A stretch of DNA of 64,000 nucleotides from Pelomyxa schiedti (taxonomy: Eukaryota; Protista; Evosea): NCBI GenBank assembly GCA_020536535.1, contig JAHLWZ010000187.1:124001-188000 (forward strand), given 5' to 3'. Of the stretch, positions 36,856 to 48,558 are shown piece after piece. The number at the start of each line of letters is the position of its first letter. Within the stretch, counting starts at the first letter, position 1. The notes below the pieces were generated by a model that was given only the letters and a program-made list of their open reading frames with translations, was not told the DNA's origin and searched no databases. The position numbers and the translations under genes are program-made.

Positions 36856-37531
36856 TCAGAATCCAAACATGTTGTCACCGGTATACAATATGTACAAGAG
36901 GCCATCTTCCTAAAACAATGTGAGTACTAGGTGTGGATTGAGGTGCAAGGGTTGTGATTTGACCTCATCACGGTGGTCTTGATAGACTTGGTCCATTGTG
37001 GAAGCTGTGAGAAGGTGAGAAATTTTAACCAGTACCAGGTTTGAACGAACCGGAATTTGGCAGCATGGTGTTGTTGGCGTACATGAAGATAATTGTTTGG
37101 TTGTGAGCAGGTGCCTCCTGGAACTGTTTCCTCACTTCCTCGAGGAACTTTGACACAGTGATATCACCAGGAGAAAGGAACCTACGTAAAGCACAATTAT
37201 TAATCCACACTTCACTTATGTCGTTCTCCCCAACAAATAAACGGACTACCCACTTCTTCTTTTTCATTTCCGGCGCCTTGGCTCCCTGAAGTCGTTCAAC
37301 AATTACAGGTATTTTTCCAGGGTATTTCTCACCCAGTTGTTGTGTAAGTTCTCTTCTCTCGGCTGTGATTTTTTGTTTGTTATTGTTACGTGTTGAGTTC
37401 TGTATTATACGGTCCGTCATTATACGTGTTGCGTTCTGTATTATACGAGTTAGTCAACACATACCGAGTGTTTTGTCTTGTTTAAATTGAATTCGAGGAG
37501 GTGGTGCGCTTGACGACAACATCGAAGACAT
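36856..37531 (-). CDS. ATG8: ATG8-family ubiquitin-like autophagy protein
   Basis: FKQDKTL|AERR...KYPGKIPVIVER...KKK|FL...EDGLLYILYTGDNMFGF*, with the conserved C-terminal Gly. Confidence 0.92.
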
Positions 37532-37709
37532 TTTCGCGGTGGTTTGTTTTTAAGATTTTTTCTGATGTTTTGATGATTGTGCCTTCTTTCACAAAAAAAT
37601 GACACCGGGAAAGGGTGCCAAGTTGGGCCCTCAGTACCGCTCCCTCAAGATCAGACAAGGGGGTTTATTTTGAACAAAGGGGTAAACTGTTTATTACTCA
37701 ATCTCTCAA

Positions 37710-38876
37710 TCACAGCTTGACGGAAACAACGGTGCGCGATACGGCATCGAGCTGGTGCCTTCCCTTGAGGCTCAGCTTGCGTCCTCTGTTTGGGAGTTAT
37801 TGTGGGATTGGTGAAAATGGTGGTTAAGTGTAGTTCGTGAAAAAAATACGGAACGGCGAAAACAGAGCGGGGAAAAAAAAAAAGGCAAAGCGTAACGGAA
37901 TGGGAAGAAGAAAGATGCAGGAGATGAAGACGAAACAACAAACCCGTGTGCTTTGTCCTTTTCAGCAACGCCAATAGACTCGAGGTTGTGGAGAATGTGG
38001 CGGATAACGGCACCAGAGCCTCTGACTGTAATTGATGGCTTGGATCCTCTGCGTTTGCGGCCGCCGTAGATTCTGCGGAATCGGCCTACACCTTTACCTC
38101 CCTGAAGGTAAAGCTTTCGGGCCACGGAAGCTGTAATGTAAATGTGAGATAAAAAAGAAGAAACGAAGTGTTGCCAATACTACGAAAGTATATATACTAC
38201 ATAAATTACTAGTAGGAAAACAAGGGAATTTGACAAATATGTGGGAGAGTCAAAATATCAAGTGAAAGTACCAACCTGCCCTTATGTAGTACCAGTCGGG
38301 GTTAGTTGGTGCCAAGTCCTTGTGAACACCAAGCTTGCAGATATCGACGTAAGGGGGCAACTTGATCTTGTTCTGGCGCTTCAAATGCTTTGCGAAGGCA
38401 GTCACAAAGTCCTCGGGGGCCAAGTCCTTGAGGCCCAGCACGTGGCGCCTGCTGCCAAACAGCTCAATACCAGCCATGTTCACATCGGAAATTGGCACAA
38501 CGGGGGCAGCGGGGGCAGCAGCTGCGGCGGCGGTGGCAGCACCGGGGGCGGGAGTGGCAGCCGTGGCGGCCGCGACGGCAGCGGAGGCGGCGGCGTTGGT
38601 AGCGGCTTGTGCTTTGGGCTGTTTGGGCACTTTGTTGACTTTGCCAACAGCGGCTGGGGTAGTTGTTGTAGTGGTCGTAGTGGTGGTGGCTGTTGCGGGC
38701 GCAGTTGCTTTTGCTTCTGCCGGTGTTGGTGCTGGTGCGTCAGTCTTTGCAACTGCCTCTTTTTTGGGCGCCGCAGCCTTGGCCTTTTTCTCCGGCGCGG
38801 CCTTTTTCTCTTTTGGAGCGGGGGCTACCTTTTTCTCCTTGGTGGCCTCGGGTACCTTTGCCTTGTCGTCGGTCAT
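37710..38876 (-). CDS. RPS19: 40S ribosomal protein S19 (eS19) with a ~110-aa Ala/Lys/Thr/Pro-rich N-extension
   Basis: [18 protein letters not shown]; [14 protein letters not shown]|ASVARKLYL; [11 protein letters not shown]; [13 protein letters not shown]. Confidence 0.95.
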
Positions 38877-39083
38877 TTTCGGGCTTGGTGGTGCGGCTGC
38901 GGTATCGTCTCGGGCGCGAGGGGCGAAAAACGTGTAAAAAAATTGTGGAGATAAGGGGAAAAAAAATCGATATCAATGAGCAAAAAATGCAACTGAACCG
39001 GCGAAAAAATTTTTATTGTTTATGAAAGGTGGTGAGGGAAATCACGACTTAGGTATCAGTGAAGTGATTCCCATTCGAGTGAA

Positions 39084-39938
39084 TTAGGTCCAGGGATGCT
39101 GTAGATGTTGGTATATCTGGCTCCAATAGAGGTCACCCTTGGCAGAGTGACCCCCATAAGGACCACAGTTGTGAATCCTGGCACACCTCTCAATTGTATC
39201 TATTGGCATTGCATCCGCCCATCCACTGCAGTACCCTTGTTTATGGTAAAGCATTCTCAAAGAAAATAGAAACGAAGCCCATACTTTTCATATAGTTTTC
39301 AACACAATTCTTTGCGTAATCGAGGTTTCGTACATCCTCCCATACCCCTGCAGTGTTGCTATCAAGCCAGTATCCGTAGCTTATCTTTTTGGTACATCAA
39401 ACACAAAAGTCCTCTGGCAGCCCCTCCCATCTCTTATTAGTATCATTACTTGCAGTGGTCCAATAGACAGTCCATTGTCACCATCTGGTGGATTCAATCT
39501 CAAACTTGCTTCTTGGGTCCTATGTTGTTGAATTAAAGTCCGAAAATTGTTGGAATTTACCATATAGCAGCAAACCACTGGTCTTTGCTATATATTGGCA
39601 CATTCGAGGTTGCTTGATATGTAACAACAGGAGGAGGATCGGCAGAGGCAGAGAAAACACATGGATTTCGATAATATTGACCAGCCGGAGTGCAACTTGT
39701 TCCAGGGGGGCAGCTATTTCACAAGCGATTCAGCCATTGTGAATAGACAGTCACTGAAAAGGGGGCAATGTAAAACTCACTTCACAAAATGATTAGGCTG
39801 TCCTGGAATACACCACACAAAGGCACTATTCTTTCCCTCCTCACATATGAAAGTTTCCTCTTTGCATTCCGTAGCAACAGCCCTGCCCAGGAAAAAAGAC
39901 GCGCCCACAAGTACGAACCACAACGCCATTTCTCTCAT
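39084..39938 (-). CDS. Secreted invertebrate-type (i-type/destabilase-like) lysozyme with an N-terminal Cys-rich module
   Basis: Five exons (39938-39781, 39713-39561, 39519-39450, 39384-39285, 39235-39084) give a signal peptide, ...CIPGQPNHFVNCPPGTSC..., WFAAIWTQEASLRLNPPDGDNGLSIGPLQISYGYWLD, CVENYMKRY and CARIHNCGPYG...YW. Confidence 0.85.
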
Positions 39939-40070
39939 AACACTTTCGCCTCGAATCACCGTGCATTATGAAGCGGTACTCTGCTGAAGTGGCGCGGGAA
40001 AAGCGTGCTACTCGAATTGTTTTAATTTTTTGATGAAGACCTCGATTTTTGTACACAAAACTATTTTTTT

Positions 40071-43000
40071 TTAGAATTGGATAAGGAACATTAGGAAGCA
40101 CTTTGCAAGGGCCATGCACTGCTCAGGGCTGAATTTGGAGCCTGTGTTTGCGGCAACCCACTCTTGGGCCTTGTTGGCAATAAGTGCCCATTCACTACGC
40201 AGCGATTCCAAGTGATCAGTGAAGAAGAGATTGAGAACCAAGCATGTGAACCACAGTTCATCACTCAGACCAGGAGGTCGCGCTCCTGATGAAATGGTTG
40301 CCTTGCACAAGAACGCAAGCACTGGTGATTTCCGGAGTGCGTCGGGCTTGAAGTAGCCATCAGCATGCTGGCACTGCACAAGGGCGTCCAGGAGCACATT
40401 TGGAGCAGGTAGTGAAGAAGTGGATGAAGATGATGAAGATGAAGAAGCTGTGGATGATGATGCACTTGCGGTGGGTGTTGTTGTCCTTCTTGTTCTGCTT
40501 TCTGGAGGAGGTGTGTGTGTTCTGCCTTCGCCGCCGCCTCCGCAGCCGCAAGCTGCGGTTTCGGGACGGGAAGAAGGCGCGGATATCTTAATGGTGTCTG
40601 AACACGAGTCTGTGGACGAGGCGCCTGTCTGCAGCAATCTGTCTAGGCAATTCGCTGAGCTGCTGAAGGTTCTGTGTGCCAAGGATGACGTAGCCAGCAT
40701 TGGGGCTGCAATGTTTATGCGAGCCAACATCGGGGTTGTGGAAAGTGCTTCCGTTCCGTGTGTATCTACAGCCGTGAAAGCAACAGATTGGTTCATAAAC
40801 TGGTACTGGAGCCCAAGGGTCTGTGTTGTAAAATGTATGTTAAAGAATAATTACATTTTACAACAAAGGTGCTGTAACCTGAGCCATATTATTCTGGGTA
40901 AGAGAAATAAAGAATCCTGCAAGTTGATGAAGCGGTGAAGTTGTTCCGTCATAAGCTGTTCGGGGGGCCCTAATAGGAAGCTCCCATCGGACATCTTTCT
41001 CACAAATCGTAGCTGTGATAATGGCGGTGGCAATTTCAGTACCCGGTGGTGGCACGGGGTGGACTGTGCACAGAGCATATGCAGTAAATGATTGGCCACA
41101 AACCATGGTGACTGGGTCCTTGTGTGAAGTGACAAAGGACCCAGGGCCACACAGACTAGGTAAATGGCCCCAGGAAATGTTTGCCTCAAATTTTTGCCCA
41201 GTAGCTAGCCGAAGTTGATCAATCACACTAGCTTCAATATTTTTACCGGAAGGCAGGAAGCAAGATTTTCCACCTTGGCAAGGTAAGTAAGAAACTATTT
41301 GAAAGGGGTACCTGTCATGGATGCCAAGGAATTAAGAAAGTCGCGATCAACATCAGCCCCAATCCCCAGTGGATATAGCCGCATACGTGAGAGTTGAGCG
41401 AGGTTTAACACAGCAGTTCTGGTCTCATCAATTCCATCAGTCAACAGTACCACCACAGTGCGTACACCTGCACCACATTTGAAGTCTCTGATACTTTCCA
41501 GGGGGGCCAACATATTGGTTCCTCCCAAAGATGCAGACCACTTAGATACAACTTCAGCTGCATTTTCCATTGTCCCTTGCGAATATGGCCTTGGCTCAGG
41601 AAATACAGAGCAAAATGAAGAACCAAAGCCAACCACATTAAAGAAGCTATTCGTTGGAAGACTTCGGAGGAAAAGTTGAAGTGCTCTTTGAGCTTGATTC
41701 CATTTGCTCCCAGACATAGACCCAGAGCGATCTACTAACGCCTGTATTCAGTAAACGATGGAATAGTGGAATAGTAGAACAGAGAAGATTTACCACAAAG
41801 CACAGTTTACGATAATCGATACTAGGTGAAGGTAAAAGTGACAGAGCTACTGCAAGCTCATTTACAGAAACTATGGCTGTTTGACTATTGATAGAAGGGT
41901 TTTCCACCTTGAAAATCACTTCAACATCTGGGCAGGGAAGCGGTGTTCGTTGTACAGTAAGTAAAGTATGTCCTTTGGTGGGATGGCTAATATTGCAAGT
42001 GTGCGTATAACAATTAACAGCCGATACAACTTCATCAGTTTGGAAACTCACAGAGCCTTCGAGGAAGGGGCCACTGCCACTGCCACTGTCAACGTCAATG
42101 TCTCAGTAAAGGAAAAAGTACCAGAATTTAGAAGTACCTCTTTCCAGTGACAGAATTGGTTTTGCTGCCCGAAACAGGATACACAAATTTGAAGGATGTC
42201 CCTTGATAGGTCATTTCTGTCACCCAGGAAAAGGAGACTTGCGCCTTTCCTTGTGCTGGGAGTATGCCTAAAGATAGTGCTAATCTTTTCTTCCCGGTGT
42301 GATGGAGCATTGCCACTGTTCTTGACGCTGCCATTGCGTCCTCGTACGTATTTTGTGCAGCCCCAAGAGGTTTGAGGACACCATGTGTGGTATGACCGTT
42401 GATTGTAAGGTCAAATGACGTAACGGGAGCAGGTATATCGGTTGGAAACGGGAAAACAACTTCCATTGGGTCATCATGTACATTTGTGAAAGAGTGGTTG
42501 GATGTTACTGTCACAGTTCTCCCAATAGCCTATTGGACAAACGGATTGAGACTCAATTATACTACAGGGAGGCTCACCTGGGCAGAAAAAGTGATCGATG
42601 TAAAAGGCATCCCTTCATCCCCGGCGGTGAAAGTTCTGCTAGAAGGGTTCTTTACTGGAACATCTCTGTGTTCCACGGATTTTTGACCATGCAGAAGTAC
42701 GTCGAAGATACTGTCCACACCTTCCATTGTGGCAGATGACACTTCAATATATGACGCCCCGAATGATGCAGCAAAGTCTAGTGCATCTTGTCGAGCAACA
42801 ACTCTTAGTTCATAGAGATCTGACTGGAGGCACATAAGAGAGGAACGAGACTCGAAAGCCAAACCTTGAGACCACAAAGAAGTAAGACAGGGTGGTCTGT
42901 GTTACTTTCGATTTCCTCCATCCACCTTCCAAGGTTTTCAAAGGAGGCCATATTTGTCATATCAAAGCAAATAATGATTGCACGAGCACCCCTGTAGTAG

Positions 43001-43407
43001 GCAGTCGTAATAGTACGGAACCGTTCCTGTCCTGTGTTCGTACTAAGAGCCAAAAGTGGAAAGGAAAGGGAACAAACCAGAAGTGTCCCACAGCTATAAA
43101 AGTGCATAAACCATCCAGTGAGAAGGGAAGGAGAGGAGAGCGAGGAAACCATTAAATATTAAAAAAATAAAATATAATATAATTTAAAAAAATACAACAA
43201 GGGGAAAAAAAAAACCTGAAATTTAATAGGATCACGATGAGGTGGGTAGGGCTTTGTCACAGTAGCAAAGTCAATACCAATTGTGGCCTTGTAATCCTGC
43301 AAAGGGGTTGGTTCCCCGGACGTAAGTGCCCTCAACAGGCTCGTCTTTCCAACTGCTGCCTCCCCAACAAACAACACTTTCGCCAAATACGAGTACTCCT
43401 CTGTCAT
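40071..43407 (-). CDS. Rab-like GTPase fused to VIT + vWA + VWA5-type C-terminal domains
   Basis: [40 protein letters not shown], EVSS; in-frame splice into the VIT domain (NVHDDPMEVVFPFP); vWA LVDRSGSMSG and VLLTDG; LVQCQHADGYF; EWALIANKAQEW. Confidence 0.9.
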
Positions 43408-43622
43408 GTTTGATGTTTTCGTATTTTTTCGGATTTTTGCCTCGTTGCTGGCTTTTGATGCCCTGGAAAACGTTATTTCCAGTAGCTTTTTCTTCGAATG
43501 CCCCCTGAGGGGGTGCGGGACTGGAAGTCACTTCTGGGGGGCAATTTTTCGCCTGCGCTCCTTGGCGATAAGAAACAAGAAAGAAAGGAAAGGAACCAGA
43601 GGAGTGGTTTGGTTTTTTAACT

Positions 43623-44216
43623 TTAAAGTTCCTCATGGGAGACAATGTCAAGCAGTTCGACTTCGAAAACCAGGGCAGCATTAGGTGGTATCTTCACGAA
43701 GAAATTGTTAGTGCATATGCTGTGTGAATTGTGGGCGGCAGAGGTGTAGGGGGAATTTAAAAAAAAAAAAAGATAATAGAACCTTGTCGCCGGCACCTCG
43801 TTCGCCATAGGCCAAGAAAGAGGGTATTTTGAGCTTGCGTTTCTCACCAATGCACATGTGGTTTAGGCCTTGATCCCAGCCCTTGATGACCTGGCCAGCA
43901 CCAAGAGTGAAAGAGAACGGCTCACCCCTGTCCAACGAGCTATCGAACTTCGCACCAGAGTCCAACAGGGTACCAGTATAGTGCATCTACGTAAAAAAAA
44001 AAAAAAAAAACAATCCTCAACAAAGAAATAGACATGCAAACAAGAATGTACCTTCAACGTATCCCCCTTCTTAGATCTTTGTGTGCACTCTGCGGGCTTG
44101 TGTAGGACTCCGACCTGAAGCGACGTGAGCGCCCCTGGAGCAGCAGCCGCAGCATCCTCACACCACATCATGACAACGACACCGACAGCGACCAACAACC
44201 ACAACTTGTGGGACAT
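43623..44216 (-). CDS. FKBP2: ER-lumen FKBP-type peptidyl-prolyl isomerase (FKBP2/FKBP13-like)
   Basis: Signal peptide; MHYTGTL; [28 protein letters not shown]; [14 protein letters not shown]; C-terminal HEEL retention signal. Confidence 0.93.
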
Positions 44217-44779
44217 CCTCGTCACTCAATATTTTAATTCCCTTCTTCAAGAGATCTTGATCTTGATTGCGGATCCGTTCCTTGGTCCTTCAGTCAGTGG
44301 TGCTGGCTTGGGCTCACCAGGAAACTGTTCACAGTTAAGTGCTAATCATCAGCTCTTTGATGGCAAAATCCAAGCTGTCATCAAGCCACTCCAGCAAGTG
44401 CTTATAAAATGCACCAGGTTTTAGGGGTAACCAACTTCATCCAAACAACAAGAACAAAGGTCGAAACTCCTGGGAATGCTTAATGAATGGCTGCTTTGTT
44501 GTCACATGCACACTTTTTGCACAAAGAAGTTCAACAGTGTTTTTTATCAAATACTACCTTTATTTTATTTCCTCACAAAGCTTGGCCCCATGGGGTAGGA
44601 CTGAAGGTTTCCAGAGGAAATTGACACAAAAACCTTCACCCCTTGGGTGAAGACTTCATTGTGGAAAACACCTTCGCCCCTCGCCCCACGATACAGTTAT
44701 CCTACTGGTCCCGAGCTGCATTTTGTCGATCACAGATTGTAGATAAATTGCATTACGTACATACAAAAAAGCAGAGTGC

Positions 44780-47658
44780 ATGGACCCCACCCACGAGAAG
44801 TTGCGTCGCATGTTTGCCGACTTCATCGACGACGATGACGACGGCGTATCTGAGGGCGATTCCAGGGGCTCCGCGGCCCACCCGCCGCCCCCCAAAAAGG
44901 TGGCGGTAGATCACTCGCACCCTACATCGCCGATAAAGGGCGGCGGCAATAAACCTGCAACAACAGCGGTTTCGAAAGCAACTGCACCCACAACCACGTC
45001 ACAAAGGGAGGAGGGCCAGAGTGTGGAGAAGAAAGCGAGACCCACGTCGGCGTCGGCGTCGCCTTCCTCGAAGAAGAAGAGCGGCGCAAGCAGCAATACA
45101 CAAGACGCCAGCAGATGTGACGTCACCAAAAAGGCCAACAAAGCAACTGCCAAGGGGAAGAAAGGCGCCGCGAAAAAATCGCCCCCCAATAGTCCTAATG
45201 TGCCCAATTCTGCCAGTGATAAGAAGGGAGCATCTGAGCCAAGCACTAAATCAAGCGCAAGCAGGAAGAGAAATAGCGGCCCGGCACTACCTCAGCCTCC
45301 TGCCGAGGCTGTCAACGCCCCTGCTGTTGGACAGCAGCAGTCTTTCCGAGACTGGAAGCAATTGCAACCGGAGCTAATCGCTGTGCTGGAGAAGAGGTCT
45401 ATTTCTCGGCCCACGCTCTTTCAGGTTCATATCCCTATCCTTTTCCGTTTCCATTTCCATCTACTTCCGCTAATTAGTGGATTGGCATTTTGTTTGTAGT
45501 AACTATGTTTAAAGAAAAGAGTGTTTGACCACATAATGGGGGGAGGAGATACTATTGCTATCTCTCCTGATGGGAATAACAAAACAATCTCCTACGTACT
45601 TCCTGTTGCCTCTCAGCTACTGAAAGATACTTCAGTGATATCGAATAACGCCAAAAGGCTCAATCTCCCCATGGTTTTGTGCATAGTGCCATCCCATGAA
45701 GTGGGAGAGGATATTGCTGCTGAGTTCAATGCTTGCTCGCTTGGCAAACTTGCTATCACAACGATGTGTGGAGATGGTTTGATGTCAGAGCAATGTACTC
45801 CGATTTCTCAAATTATGTCTTTATTGATATCTCATTCCTACCTTAGGTAGAAAACTTCATCGAGGGGTACACGTTGTGGTGGGAACACCTGGTAGATTAA
45901 TGGATCTTGAGTGCCGACTTGTTCTTACAGTAGCTCCTGTCAAATATGTCATTAATATCCTTTTGAAAAAAAAATTTGTTTCTTCATGTGATCCCTTAAC
46001 ACAACAACTTGATGAAACAGAAAAATTAAATGAAAAGCATCAAGAGGCTATCCGCATACTACTATCTAAAATGTAAGTTTTACCCCTTTTGCAGTTTAAT
46101 TACTGTATGTTCTAAATTGTTGTAGTGTCTTACCACACCAAGTTCTTGTTTTCACTCAGTCGATGACACCATTTATACAGAGCCTTAGGCAAAGTTTTAT
46201 GTCTTCAACTTGTGAAACATGTTGCTTTCTATTTTCCCTTTATCTCACTGAACCATCATGTAGTTGAACCGCCAGTCACCGCTGTACAAAGTAAACAAAC
46301 CAACCAGCAGTTGGCTCTGTTTTGCCCGAACGAGCACACAGCAGTGATCGTACCTCATTTGATCAAAGTGTCTAATAAAAATAAGTTACCATTTCTCACT
46401 TATCCTAGGCATACAGTAAAAATCGAAAAACGATCTTGTACTGCAATAGAAAAGAGGAAGCAAACGAACTTCTATCTGGAGTACCAGGTTCCTTACCTAT
46501 CTCAAATATTCGACCAAATGGAGCTTTAGGATGTAGGGTAGTGCATTTTGATATTACAGCAGATGAACGCAAAAACGTTCTGGACAGTTTCAGACAGGTG
46601 AGAAGTCATTCTTTATTTTATTTCCAATCAACCTTCTAGGGAGCATTCGCAACTTTGATAACAACAGACTCATCTGGCCGTGGTATTGACTTCAATAATG
46701 TCGGTCTCGTTATTCTCACTCGGCCATCCTTGTGTGTTTTTTTCACATCCAGTAAAAACTTTCTGAGTACCTTTCTTTAGCGAATTCACGCAGTTTCTTT
46801 GTAATGCAACAAAGATTGGGAGGTTTTCTTCAAAAGGAGTGGCTATTACTATTTTTTCCCGTACAGGGTTTTCCCTATTACGGAGGATTTCCATTGAACA
46901 AGGTTTTACTTTCCAGGTAGGATCTTGCCTCACAACAGTAAACAGGTGTTCAGTACAAGAGAATTGCGGCTCCCACAGGAACTGCTCTTCTTGATGTTCA
47001 ACAGGAAATCCTACTAGGCAAGCTGAATTCCGTTTCTGAATCAGATACTTCTTGCTGTATGGATTTAGCAACCTCGCTGTTGAAACAACACGTAAAACAG
47101 CCAAGTAAGTTGAAATGTTAAGATGACCAGTCCCACAGGGAGAGCAGATATTTGCTAAAACACTTGCTGTACTCGCAGGCCTTTCTAATAGTCAACCAAT
47201 TTCACTTCTCGCCACACATCCTGGCTACACTACCATACGAATTGAATTGGAAAGACCTTTACTCAAAACTGACCTCAATAATGTTCTCAGTCAATATATC
47301 CACAAACCTGTAATTACCCATTTTCCCCCTGCTATACTACCAACTAACAACTGAAAAACCAATAATTCAGGTGCAACTAGGACTGGTTCACGTGTGGGAC
47401 AACAACAAAACCATATTCGCAGATGTGTTGCACTCGGACGCCCTCGGCCTCACACGCAACCCCGTCACTCCCGGGGGTGACGTCGTGTCAATAGAAATAG
47501 CAAAGTCACTGCCGGAGTTCTACCAGACCATAGAATCGGTGAACTTCCGGCCAGACGGATCGAATCCCTCGTGGAGAGACGTTGTCAACGACATGCCACA
47601 ATCCACATCCACGTCCGCACCAACAAGGAACCCACGTTTCGACCCCAATGACGAGTGA
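44780..47658 (+). CDS. DDX21/DDX50-like DEAD-box helicase with degenerate catalytic motifs
   Basis: Lys/Ser-rich N-terminus; Q motif PTLFQ; SPDGNNKT; VVGTPGRL; KYVIIDETE; TDSSGRGID; GUCT-like tail (LAVLAGL...SLL...GYTTI). Confidence 0.8.
45955..46008 (+). other. U12-type (minor spliceosomal) AT-AC intron
   Basis: 5' site ATATCCTTT, branch site CCCTTAAC at 45993-46000, AC 3' end. Removal gives KYVI-I-DETE at DEAD-box motif II. Confidence 0.85.
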
Positions 47659-47724
47659 TTCTGATTTCTCCATTTTTCTCTAGAATTTCGCTTTTTTTTT
47701 TCCTCTTTTTAGTGTTTGGAGGTA

Positions 47725-48513
47725 TCAAATGGCACAAAGATGGAATGCCGCGCCAGTGTGTATTGCGAATACGATCTCAGAAGCACCTTCGTCATCTACA
47801 GGGTGGTGTGTGGTTGATGCAATCAGTGCTGATTGGAGACTTGGTTCTGGCCATGCACAGAACTCACAAAGTGCTGGTGCTTTCATTATGTTTCCAGTGT
47901 GGAACAGAGTGAACTGTGAAGTTTTAAATGAAATGTGCAATACAAACAAAGACTGAGAGCTTGCTTGCTTCCATCATATGCAGTCAGTTGCCACAGAGAG
48001 CCTCCAATATCACGCCATCCATCACACCACAAAACACCCCATCCCCACTTGCACACTGCTGCACACACCACTGTCTTTGGCATCTAAAAATCGGCGGAAA
48101 AGAGTACAAGTAAACACACTCTCCATAGCGGCGAGAAGGCGTGGTTTGTGAGTCATACACACACTTCCCTGTTGGCGGTTAGTTATTACTGTAAAGACCA
48201 ACAACCACGAAAACAAAAAATCAGAACAAATCAAACTCCACAAAGAAGAGAAACCAAAAACAGAAGAAAGGGCAAACGCCATGGTGAAGTGCGTGGGTTT
48301 TGACGCAATAGAGTGACCCCGTTGGAATGGGACGACAAACAAAAAAATGAAATAAAACAAAATGCAAGCGAGGGCTGGAGGAACGAACCTTGCGATACCG
48401 GCCATGACGCATACAGACGCTATCGACACCCAGCAGCCGAGTGCCGCAAGCGCGATCGTCTCCAGCACGTTTGTCAGCAACGCAAACACGAATGCGACAA
48501 TAGTCTTCTTCAT
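47725..48513 (-). CDS. Small multi-pass membrane protein, unknown function (3' end uncertain)
   Basis: Several hydrophobic segments across the 48022-48513 and 47886-48083 frames, separated by short GT-AG introns. Confidence 0.5.
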
Positions 48514-48558
48514 CTCTCGTCAAACACGAAGCTATTCATCTCTCGTCAAACACGAAGC
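48509..48558. repeat. Tandem duplication of a 24-bp unit (period 26) covering a start codon
   Basis: ttcatctctcgtcaaacacgaagc at 48509-48532 and 48535-48558. Confidence 0.9.

Noticed and set aside
37390-37450. Short imperfect repeats (gttctgtattatacg) in ATG8 intron 1
   Set aside because: Local slippage duplication with no spacer structure; not CRISPR-like.
44230-44640. Possible small gene between FKBP and the helicase
   Set aside because: Only short open frames; no consistent spliced model or recognisable motif.
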